From contig JBDHAB010000003.1 in NCBI GenBank assembly GCA_039588295.1, forward strand, positions 1 through 64,000: DNA of 64,000 nt, given 5' to 3'. Positions 8,255 to 16,234 of this stretch are shown piece after piece; the first letter of the stretch is position 1, and each line of letters begins with the position of its first letter. Under the pieces are notes generated by a model, which ran no database searches, was not told the DNA's origin, and saw only the letters and a list, made by a program, of their open reading frames with translations. Source of the DNA: Gemmatimonadota bacterium. Its GTDB lineage: Bacteria > Gemmatimonadota > Gemmatimonadetes > Gemmatimonadales > GWC2-71-9. A program made the position numbers and the translations under genes.

Positions 8255-8632
8255 TCACCACCCCTCTCCCATCTCTATCTTCAACAACGGCACCAGTGTC
8301 CCCGCCTGTGCCTTCGCCCGGCGTGGAATCTTGAGCACTAGCTCAGCCTCATTTGCTCCCGGAATGCCCTGGAACGTGGTGAGGCTCGCCGCGCGCAGGA
8401 TCACCTTGGGACGGAACATCCCCCACTTGAGTTCGATATCGCTCAGGTCACTGAGGTGGAAGGTGTGCTGCTTCACTTCGGAGCGGTCGATGCCCGCAAA
8501 CGACGTCTGATACTCCACGGTGAACGTCCCGCCCTCGTAGCTGAGGATCCCCGTGATCTCGAGGGTGCCGTCTATCATGTCCGAGGTCGTTGGCTCGATC
8601 TCGATGGGTAGGGTATGTCGTTCAGCAGCCAT
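8255..8632 (-). CDS. Hypothetical protein (possibly PH-like fold)
   Basis: Compact 125-aa ORF with coding-like composition filling the gap. Confidence 0.7.
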   Translation of the reverse strand: MAAERHTLPIEIEPTTSDMIDGTLEITGILSYEGGTFTVEYQTSFAGIDRSEVKQHTFHLSDLSDIELKWGMFRPKVILRAASLTTFQGIPGANEAELVLKIPRRAKAQAGTLVPLLKIEMGEGW

Positions 8633-8646
8633 GCGGGGAAGATAAA

Positions 8647-8741
8647 CTCCCTTCCCCTTCTCCCTTCTCGCTTCTCCCTCACCCCTTATCCCCTACTACC
8701 TCTCCCTAGCACGTACCACCTCATACTTATAACCTATCCCC
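8647..8741 (+). repeat. Degenerate pyrimidine-rich heptamer tract
   Basis: cccttcc/ccttctc/ccttatc/cctacta-like units between divergent genes. Confidence 0.6.
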
Positions 8742-10523
8742 ATGCCCGTTTCGCCTGCGCCCGAATTCCTGGCGCTCCAGCGCGTCGTCGCGGGGCGCTA
8801 CTCGCTCGATCAGGAGTTGGGTCGTGGAGGGATGGGTGTGGTGTTTCTGGCGCGCGATGTCGCACTCGATCGATTGGTCGCCATCAAGTTGCTGCCACCG
8901 GACCTCGCGGGGCAGGCCGAGCTGCGCGAACGTTTTCTCAAAGAGGCCCGGACGGCGGCGGGGCTGTCCCATCCGAACATTGTCCCAATCCACGCGGTGG
9001 AGGAGCATGGCGATCTCGTGTTCTTCGTCATGGCGTATGTCGACGGGGACACCCTGGGTGAGCAGGTACGACGGAACGGTCCGCTGCCTGCCGCGGATAT
9101 CATGCGGGTGACGCAGGAGATCGCGTGGGCGCTGGGACATGCGCACGGGCGGGGGGTCGTTCATCGTGATGTGAAACCCGACAATGTCTTACTCGAGCGA
9201 GAAGGCGGCCGCGCGATGGTCACCGATTTTGGCATCGCGCGTCCCGTTGAGACGGGCGACACGCCACATTCGGGTCAGATCCGTGGCACGCCGCAGTACA
9301 TGAGTCCCGAGCAGGCGGCGGGCGGTGCGGTGGACGCCCGGAGTGATCTCTACTCGCTCGGTGTCACGGCCTTCCTCGCGGCCTCGGGGCGCCTGCCGTT
9401 CGAGGCAGGATCGGTCGCGGGGTACGTCTCGATGCACGCGAGCGAGTCAGCTCCGCCGGTGGCATCGCTGGCGCCGCGGTTACCGGCGCGCTTTGCCGCG
9501 GCAGTAGATCGTTGTCTTGCAAAGGATCCTGCAGACCGTCCTGCGGCTGCGGAGGAGCTGGCCTGGGAGATCAATGCGGCGCGTGGGGCGTTGGTCCACG
9601 TCCCGGCGCCCCTGGCGCGGTTCGCGCGTGAGGCGGGTCTGGTTGGGTCGGAAGCCGGCGGGTACCTCGCAGGGATCGCTGCGATGGTCGTCGCGTTCGA
9701 GGTCTTCAAGCTGTTCGAAGGAGATTTCTTGGGCCTCGTGACGGCCATCGAGATATTGATGGCTGCGCTCATCGCCGGTCTTTCAGCCACCCGCGTCGCT
9801 CAGCTTGTGGGAAGGACCCGCGAGCTCAGGCGTCAGGGGTACGACCACCGCGCTCTCAAGGCGGTCCTGGAGCTCGAGGAGCGTCGCCTCCGAGAGGAGG
9901 AGTCCGCCACCGCGGCTCCCAGCCGGTCGGGCACCTGGGCCACAGCAGGAGTCGGCGCGGCTGCGACCGCGGCTGGACTATTGGCGATGTCGGCCGCCCC
10001 GGATTTCCTGGTCGTGGTCGGGACGGCCCTGACGGTCGGCGCCCCACTCGTCACCGTGCGGCGCCTCTGGGACCGGTTGGGCGGTGGCAGGCTGTGGGCG
10101 AGGCTCTTGCGTGGGCGGTTCGGACGGGCACTGTTTCGACTCGGTGGGATCGGAGTCAAGGACGCGCCGGCCACGCTGCCGGCCGCGGGCGAGCGTACTG
10201 AAGTCGCACTCGGCCGGGTCGCCGCGGAGCTGTTTGCCGCGCTGCCGGAGGGGCAGCGCCAGGGGCTGGGCGATGTCCCCGGGCTGATCGATCGTCTCGA
10301 GGCCGATGCGCTCGCGCTACGCGGGCGGGTGGCGGATTCGGATGCCTCGGCCCGGCTTGCGACGACCGTGGCGGCGTTGGAGGCACTGCGACTGGATCTG
10401 TTGCGGCTCGACGCGGGCACGGGCTCCTTGGACGAGCTGACTCAAGACCTCGAGGCGGCGCGGCGCATCGGCGAGGAGATCGATGCGGAAGTGCAGGCCA
10501 GGAGGGAAGTGAGCCAGCTGTAG
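8742..10523 (+). CDS. Hanks-type Ser/Thr protein kinase with TM segments and helical C-terminus
   Basis: LGRGGMGVV, VAIK, HRDVKPDN, DFGIA, GTPQYMSPE, SDLYSLG. Confidence 0.95.
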   Translation: MPVSPAPEFLALQRVVAGRYSLDQELGRGGMGVVFLARDVALDRLVAIKLLPPDLAGQAELRERFLKEARTAAGLSHPNIVPIHAVEEHGDLVFFVMAYVDGDTLGEQVRRNGPLPAADIMRVTQEIAWALGHAHGRGVVHRDVKPDNVLLEREGGRAMVTDFGIARPVETGDTPHSGQIRGTPQYMSPEQAAGGAVDARSDLYSLGVTAFLAASGRLPFEAGSVAGYVSMHASESAPPVASLAPRLPARFAAAVDRCLAKDPADRPAAAEELAWEINAARGALVHVPAPLARFAREAGLVGSEAGGYLAGIAAMVVAFEVFKLFEGDFLGLVTAIEILMAALIAGLSATRVAQLVGRTRELRRQGYDHRALKAVLELEERRLREEESATAAPSRSGTWATAGVGAAATAAGLLAMSAAPDFLVVVGTALTVGAPLVTVRRLWDRLGGGRLWARLLRGRFGRALFRLGGIGVKDAPATLPAAGERTEVALGRVAAELFAALPEGQRQGLGDVPGLIDRLEADALALRGRVADSDASARLATTVAALEALRLDLLRLDAGTGSLDELTQDLEAARRIGEEIDAEVQARREVSQL

Positions 10524-10696
10524 GCGCCAACCTGATTGCCAATCCAGGGCCATACCGCTTCGGGCTGGCTCCTATTAACATTCCGATCCTCTGGCCCCAT
10601 GGCGCGCTCGGGGGAGTTGGTTTCCCAGGGCTGAGCCGCCGGGAGGGAGCGGCTTCCTTTGACCAAGAAGTTAGATCGGCACGGTGACACAGATCG

Positions 10697-11749
10697 ATGA
10701 GCAGGAGTAACAGGACGGCGACCGGAATTGCCCGCGACATTGTGAACGAGACACCAGCGAAGGGCAAGGGTGACCTCTATTTCTGCCCTGACGGGAACGT
10801 CGCCCAGGTGGTGACTCGGAAGGACTTCTCAGCGGACCAGCGGGCTGCTCTGAAGAGGTTGCACAAGCTCGACAAGAAGTGGAATTGGGTGATCCTCCTT
10901 CACTTCGGGATGTGGATCGGCGCGGCGTGGTTGTCCATTAGCAACGAGTCCATTCCCCTCAATATCGTGGGATACCTGGTCGGGGGGCTCGCGCTCAGCG
11001 CCATGTCCGTTATGGGTCACGAGGCGTCGCACAATCTGTTCAGTCGCAAGCAGAAGATTGATCGATGGCTTGGCTTCCTCGTGGGAACGCCTGTCCTGTT
11101 TTCGGCAGCCGGATACCGGATCATGCATCCGCTGCATCACAAGTTCGTACGGGAAGCACGAGATCCGGACAATATTGAAAACGTCACCACGAATCCGTTC
11201 TGGCTGCGCTGGCTGTACGTCTTCGCTTTCTTCTTTGGGGTGTACCTGTACCTCGTGACGGTTCCCGTCAACGCCATGATCCGTGCAGGGAAGAAAGACA
11301 GAATGTTGGTCTTGGTGGAGTGGCTGGCGATGATCGGGATCGTCGCCCTCGGCTGGGTCTTCCTTCCGGCACGGTGGATGGTGGAGGGCTGGCTCCTCCC
11401 GCTGTTGGTCACCGGTCAGATCGCAAATATCAGGGGTATCGCCGAACACGGCATGACGACATCGGGGAATGAACTCACCGACACCAGAACGGTCACGACA
11501 TTCCCGGTGCTCTCGTTCTTGATGTGCAACATCAACTACCACCTCGAACACCATCTGTATCCGGGAATCCCGTGGTACAATCTTCCGAAGGCACACACGA
11601 TCTTGAAGAAACAGTATGAAGCAGCGGGGTCTTCGGTGTACCAGTCCTACGCCAAGTTCCTCTACGATGTTGGGACCGCCTTGGTCAAAGGGGTCGCGGC
11701 AGAGCGGCGGCTTATTCCTGCGCACATACGGGAACACGTCTGCATCTGA
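10697..11749 (+). CDS. Fatty acid desaturase-family membrane di-iron enzyme
   Basis: His boxes HEASH, HPLHH, (EH) and YHLEHHLYPGIPWYNLP; TM helices. Confidence 0.9.
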   Translation: MSRSNRTATGIARDIVNETPAKGKGDLYFCPDGNVAQVVTRKDFSADQRAALKRLHKLDKKWNWVILLHFGMWIGAAWLSISNESIPLNIVGYLVGGLALSAMSVMGHEASHNLFSRKQKIDRWLGFLVGTPVLFSAAGYRIMHPLHHKFVREARDPDNIENVTTNPFWLRWLYVFAFFFGVYLYLVTVPVNAMIRAGKKDRMLVLVEWLAMIGIVALGWVFLPARWMVEGWLLPLLVTGQIANIRGIAEHGMTTSGNELTDTRTVTTFPVLSFLMCNINYHLEHHLYPGIPWYNLPKAHTILKKQYEAAGSSVYQSYAKFLYDVGTALVKGVAAERRLIPAHIREHVCI

Positions 11750-11813
11750 TTCGGCACCAACCGGGGGGCAGAGACCCATCGCTCCCCGGCGTTCCCACCT
11801 CTATCTTCTTCCC

Positions 11814-13865
11814 ATGCCCGCCTACATTACCGCCTGCCCCCGTAACTGCTACAGCACGTGCAGCATGGTGGTGCAGATCGAGCACGGGCGCATCCGGCAG
11901 ATCGAGCCCCACCCGGACAACCGGGCGACGCCGGAAGGGGTGTGTCTCAAGGGCCTCAGCTACTACGAGCGGGTCTACTCGCGAGATCGGATCCTCCATC
12001 CGCTGAAGCGCAATCGTTCGGGAGCATTCGAACGAGTTTCATGGGATGCCGCGCTCGATCTGATCGTTGAGCACTTGGTGCGCATCAGACGGGACTTTGG
12101 CCCGCAGGCGGTGCTCTACTACGCCGCGAGCGGCACCAAGGGACTGCTCAACGCCGTCGGTTTGGATTTCTGGCGGCTCTACGGCGGCTGTACGAGCACC
12201 TATGGTGATCTCTGCTGGCCGGCGGGACTCGAGGCTACCCGGCTCACGCTCGGCGACAACAAGCACAGTGCGCCGTGGGATCTCGCGAATGCCAGACTCA
12301 TCGTGATGTGGGGCAAGAACGCGGCGGAGACCAATATCCACCAAATGCGGTTCGTGCACAGCGCGATCGAGCGGGGTGGAAGGCTCGTCGTGATCGATCC
12401 ACGTCGCACCGAAACGGCAGAGCGCGCTCACCTGTTGATCCAGCCACGTCCCGGCACGGATGGCGCGCTGGCGCTCGCTATTGCGCATGTGCTGGTCGAG
12501 AAGGATTGGATCGATCGGGAGTTCATCGAGCGTCACGTTCTTGGGTTCTCCGAATTCGCCGAGACCGTGCGGCGCTGGACGCCCGAACGTGCGGCTGGAG
12601 TGACTGACGTTCCTGCCGTTGCCATCGCGCAACTGGCGGAATGGATGGCCACAGCTCCACCGGTCACCATCTCGCCCGGTTTCGGCATGCAGCGGTACAC
12701 GAACAGCGGGCAAACGATGCGTGCCTTGCTCTCGTTACTCGCCATCACCGGGAATATCGGGAAACCCGGCGCAGGATGGGTCTACGCCAACCTTCAGAGC
12801 CACATCTTCGATTCCGTGAAGGATCCGATCGCCTGCTACCCACCGGAGCATGCGGATGGGGTGGTCCGGGTATCGATCTCGACCGCGAGGTTGGGTCGGG
12901 ACATGCTGGCACAACGGGACCCGCCGCTCAAAATGGCGTGGGTGGAACGGGGCAACCCGGTCACGCAGAACCCCGAGACGAATGCCGTGCTGGAGGCGTT
13001 TCGCTCGCTCGAATTCCGTGTGGTGGTCGATCAGTTCCTGACCGACACTGCACGCGAGGCCGATCTGATCCTCCCGGCCAAGACGATGTTCGAGCAGTCG
13101 GATGTGATCGGTGCGTATTGGCACCCGTACATTCAGCTCAAGCAGAAACTGATCGAACCGCCGGGTGAGGTGAAGCCGGAGTCGGAGGTTTACCACCTGC
13201 TGGCCGGCCGCTTGGGTATCCAGGCGGGTGAGCTACAGGACAAGATTCCTGAAGCGTCGGACGAGGCGGTAGAAGCATACCTTGGACGCCGCCTCGAACC
13301 GTTTGACGGGCTCACGCTCGAACGATTGCGCGCCGGGCCGGTGCTAGCACCTGGGCACCAGGAGATCGCGTTCGCCGACCTCGTGTTCCCCACGCCGTCG
13401 GGAAACATCGAATTGCTGTCAACCGAGGCACAGGATCGGTGGGATGCCGATCCGCTGCCGGTGTACTTCGAGTCAGCGGAATCCGTGGTGCAGGACGCTG
13501 GTGCAGGGAAATATCCTCTGTACTTCATGACACCGAACACCAAGAATCGTATCCACTCGCAGTTCAACAACCTCGACATGATCCGCCAATTGGGCGACAC
13601 ACCGTTTGTCGCGATCCATCCACTCGACGCGAACCCGCGGCACATTTGTGAGGGTGCCTTGGTGGAAGTCTACAACGGCCGCGGACACCTCCGTGTGGAG
13701 GCGCGCCTTGACCAGGGGATCAAGCCGGGCTGCGTCGCGGTGACGAACGGGTGGTGGATCACCGACGGTGGCACGGTGAACTACTGCTCGTTGGGGCGCG
13801 AAACGGACATGGGGTACGGGGCGGCGTTTCACGACAATTTGGTGGATGTGAGACTCGCGACGTGA
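11814..13865 (+). CDS. Mo/W-bisPGD (DMSO reductase superfamily) catalytic subunit, no Tat signal
   Basis: CPRNCYSTC..CLKG Fe-S motif, PLKR, SWDAAL, WGKN, VIDPRRTETA, PGTDGALA, DQFLTDTA..ADLILPA, C-terminal Molydop-binding domain. Confidence 0.92.
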   Translation: MPAYITACPRNCYSTCSMVVQIEHGRIRQIEPHPDNRATPEGVCLKGLSYYERVYSRDRILHPLKRNRSGAFERVSWDAALDLIVEHLVRIRRDFGPQAVLYYAASGTKGLLNAVGLDFWRLYGGCTSTYGDLCWPAGLEATRLTLGDNKHSAPWDLANARLIVMWGKNAAETNIHQMRFVHSAIERGGRLVVIDPRRTETAERAHLLIQPRPGTDGALALAIAHVLVEKDWIDREFIERHVLGFSEFAETVRRWTPERAAGVTDVPAVAIAQLAEWMATAPPVTISPGFGMQRYTNSGQTMRALLSLLAITGNIGKPGAGWVYANLQSHIFDSVKDPIACYPPEHADGVVRVSISTARLGRDMLAQRDPPLKMAWVERGNPVTQNPETNAVLEAFRSLEFRVVVDQFLTDTAREADLILPAKTMFEQSDVIGAYWHPYIQLKQKLIEPPGEVKPESEVYHLLAGRLGIQAGELQDKIPEASDEAVEAYLGRRLEPFDGLTLERLRAGPVLAPGHQEIAFADLVFPTPSGNIELLSTEAQDRWDADPLPVYFESAESVVQDAGAGKYPLYFMTPNTKNRIHSQFNNLDMIRQLGDTPFVAIHPLDANPRHICEGALVEVYNGRGHLRVEARLDQGIKPGCVAVTNGWWITDGGTVNYCSLGRETDMGYGAAFHDNLVDVRLAT

Positions 13866-15199
13866 CCCGGTACGGGTTCGTCTTCGATCAGAACACGTGC
13901 ACGGGTTGCCAGGCCTGCCGGCTCGCGTGCACGATCGAGAACGACCTGCCGTTCATGCAGAGCTGGCGCCAGGTGTCCACCTTCAACCCGCGCCACCGCC
14001 CCGGGCTTCCCTTGTTCCATCTCTCGCTCGCGTGCAATCACTGCGCGGACGCCGCCTGTATGAGCGCGTGCCCGGCGCTCGCGTATGAGCGGGATTCGGA
14101 GACTGGTACGGTGCTACTCGACGAGGCGAAGTGCATTGGTTGTCGGTACTGCGCCTGGGCGTGCCCGTTCGACGCGCCGCTGTTCGATCGGGCGCGCGGA
14201 ATCGTCACCAAGTGCACGTTCTGTGTCGACCGATTGAAGCGCGGTGCGGAGCCGGCGTGCGCGGCCTACTGCCCGACTGGAGCACTCAGGGTGCGTCGAC
14301 TGCCGGAGGAGGAGTTCGCCAACGACGGTCCCGGATTCCCGCAGACCGACCTTCGCCCCGCCATCAGGATCGTGCCGCTAGCCCAAGGCACGAACGCCCC
14401 GTCGATGGCCTCAGCTGCTCCGGTCAGCCATTCGCGATGGACCGAGCGGGCCCCGTCGAAGATCACGTTGCGATCGGAGTGGTCGCTCGTAGCGTTCAGC
14501 TTCCTCATCACCGTGCTCGTCGCTGCGGTCATCTCGGCGTCGGCAGGCGGACTTGGTGTCGGCGTTCCGGTGTTTGTCGGTACGGCGATTGTTGCCTTGG
14601 CGCTCGCGACCGCTCACCTGGGCCGGGCCGATCGAGCCTGGCGTGCAGTGCTCAACGTCAAGAACTCGTGGCTCAGTCGAGAAGTCGTGGCGGTGTCACT
14701 CTTCGTGGCGATCGGTACGGTCTACCTGCAATGGTTGCGTGGGAACGCCGTGATGGGTTTGCTCGCGTCCTTGGCTGGGTTTGCCGCATTGGTATCGATC
14801 GACCGGGTGTATCGGTACGGACTCCTGCCCAAGGGTGGCGTGCCGCACTCCGCCGGAGCGACGCTCACCGGACTGTTTCTGGCAGGTGTTCTTGCCGTGA
14901 ACCCTGTGGTGGCCGGGGCCGTTGGAGTGACGAAGTTCGTGCTCTACATGCGTCGCAAGGCGGCAAGCGCCGAGCACGCATCACCGAGCCGCGTGCTCGT
15001 GAGTGGCCTCCGGCTGGGATTGGGTCTCGTCGCGCCCGCTTTACTGTGGGTGTTTCCCTCCGCTGGCGGTCACTGGGTGGTGATCGCCAGCGTGCTGCTC
15101 GGCGAGCTCATCGACCGGTGTGAGTTCTACGATGAGTTGGAGATTGTCACCCCGGCGCGGCAGATGCTGCAGGACTTGGAGCGGCAGGAGGTCGGGTAG
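13862..15199 (+). CDS. Fusion of DmsB-like 4x[4Fe-4S] ferredoxin and DmsC-like membrane anchor
   Basis: GTGA overlap; CTGCQACRLAC, CNHCADAAC..CP, CIGCRYCAWACP, KCTFC..C..CP; then EWSLV, HLGR..RAWRA..SWLSRE and TM helices, GELIDR..FY. Confidence 0.9.
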   Translation: MTRYGFVFDQNTCTGCQACRLACTIENDLPFMQSWRQVSTFNPRHRPGLPLFHLSLACNHCADAACMSACPALAYERDSETGTVLLDEAKCIGCRYCAWACPFDAPLFDRARGIVTKCTFCVDRLKRGAEPACAAYCPTGALRVRRLPEEEFANDGPGFPQTDLRPAIRIVPLAQGTNAPSMASAAPVSHSRWTERAPSKITLRSEWSLVAFSFLITVLVAAVISASAGGLGVGVPVFVGTAIVALALATAHLGRADRAWRAVLNVKNSWLSREVVAVSLFVAIGTVYLQWLRGNAVMGLLASLAGFAALVSIDRVYRYGLLPKGGVPHSAGATLTGLFLAGVLAVNPVVAGAVGVTKFVLYMRRKAASAEHASPSRVLVSGLRLGLGLVAPALLWVFPSAGGHWVVIASVLLGELIDRCEFYDELEIVTPARQMLQDLERQEVG

Positions 15200-15214
15200 A
15201 CTACTCCTTCTGCC

Positions 15215-16234
15215 TTATCCCCTATCTTTTCTCTTCTTCCCTGTTCCCTTCCGGAGTTTCAGCTCCTCGAGCGTACCCCGGACGAATTCGCGCACCATCT
15301 CCTTGCGCCAAGCCAGCGTGAAATCGGTGTTGTCCATCGGCTTTGCTGGCTTGAACGCGGCGGCGGCCGCAGTGGCAATGGCGTCGTCTTCCAGCTCGCT
15401 ACCGATGACCGCACTCGCGGCCTCCCGAACGGACTTCGGGTAACTCGCCACCGCACCAAGCACGATACGGGCATCTGCCACGAACGACCCGTCCCAGCGA
15501 ATCCATGTGGCCACGCCGAGCACAGGGAAATCGAAGGAACCCCGGCGACGCAGTTTCCAGTAGGTAGCGTCCCAGTTATTCAACGCGGGGAGACGGACCT
15601 CGGTGAGGATCTCGTCCGGGTGCTTCTTGAGATAGTGAATGCCGTCGTCTTTGAAGAACTCGGTGGCTGGGATCTCGCGTTGCGTGTCGTGTCCCGCCAG
15701 CACGAACTCTGCGCCCATCGCGATCGTCAACGGCGCGGTGTCGCTCGAGTTCACCGCCCAGCATCGCGGACTGGACGGAGCCACCCAGCAGATCTCGCCG
15801 TCCTTCTTCATGCAGAAGTCGATCGCCTTCCGCCACTCGTACGTCTGGTTGTAATAGTTGCACCGCGTGTCGAGGCAGAGGTTGCCGCCGAACGTTCCCA
15901 TGTTGCGCAGTAGCGGCGTGCTGACGAGTTCGGCTGCCCGTGCAAGTCCCGGGTAGCTCTTTTTGACCCGCTTATGGTTGTGCAGAGCGGTGAGGGTGAC
16001 TCCGGCTCCGACGGAGAGTACGGCGCCACCAGCGCCTCCGGTGAAGCGTCGGAGGGCGCGAATCCCGTTGAGCGAGATCAGAACTTTCGGTTCCTGGTGC
16101 CGGCGCTTCATGTTGGGATAAAGATCGGTGCCTCCCGCCACGTACATTCCGTCCGACCCCGCGTCGCGTTTCATGATCAACGCTTGACGCAGCGATTTCG
16201 GCTGCAGGTAGGTAAACGCGGGAAGCCGCAGCAT
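15215..16234 (-). CDS. FAD subunit of xanthine oxidase-family enzyme, HcrB-like with extra [4Fe-4S] insert
   Basis: AGGTDL, RNMGTFGGNLCLDTRC..C..C..C insert, KLRRRGSFDFP. Confidence 0.9.
   Translation of the reverse strand: MLRLPAFTYLQPKSLRQALIMKRDAGSDGMYVAGGTDLYPNMKRRHQEPKVLISLNGIRALRRFTGGAGGAVLSVGAGVTLTALHNHKRVKKSYPGLARAAELVSTPLLRNMGTFGGNLCLDTRCNYYNQTYEWRKAIDFCMKKDGEICWVAPSSPRCWAVNSSDTAPLTIAMGAEFVLAGHDTQREIPATEFFKDDGIHYLKKHPDEILTEVRLPALNNWDATYWKLRRRGSFDFPVLGVATWIRWDGSFVADARIVLGAVASYPKSVREAASAVIGSELEDDAIATAAAAAFKPAKPMDNTDFTLAWRKEMVREFVRGTLEELKLRKGTGKKRKDRG

Noticed and set aside
6678..8741. Short repeats as a possible CRISPR array
   Set aside because: The units are 7 bp and contiguous with no spacers, and there are no cas genes.
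10524..10696. Possible riboswitch upstream of the desaturase
   Set aside because: Some GC pairing, but no recognisable Moco, cobalamin, TPP or SAM consensus; an Rfam scan would be needed.
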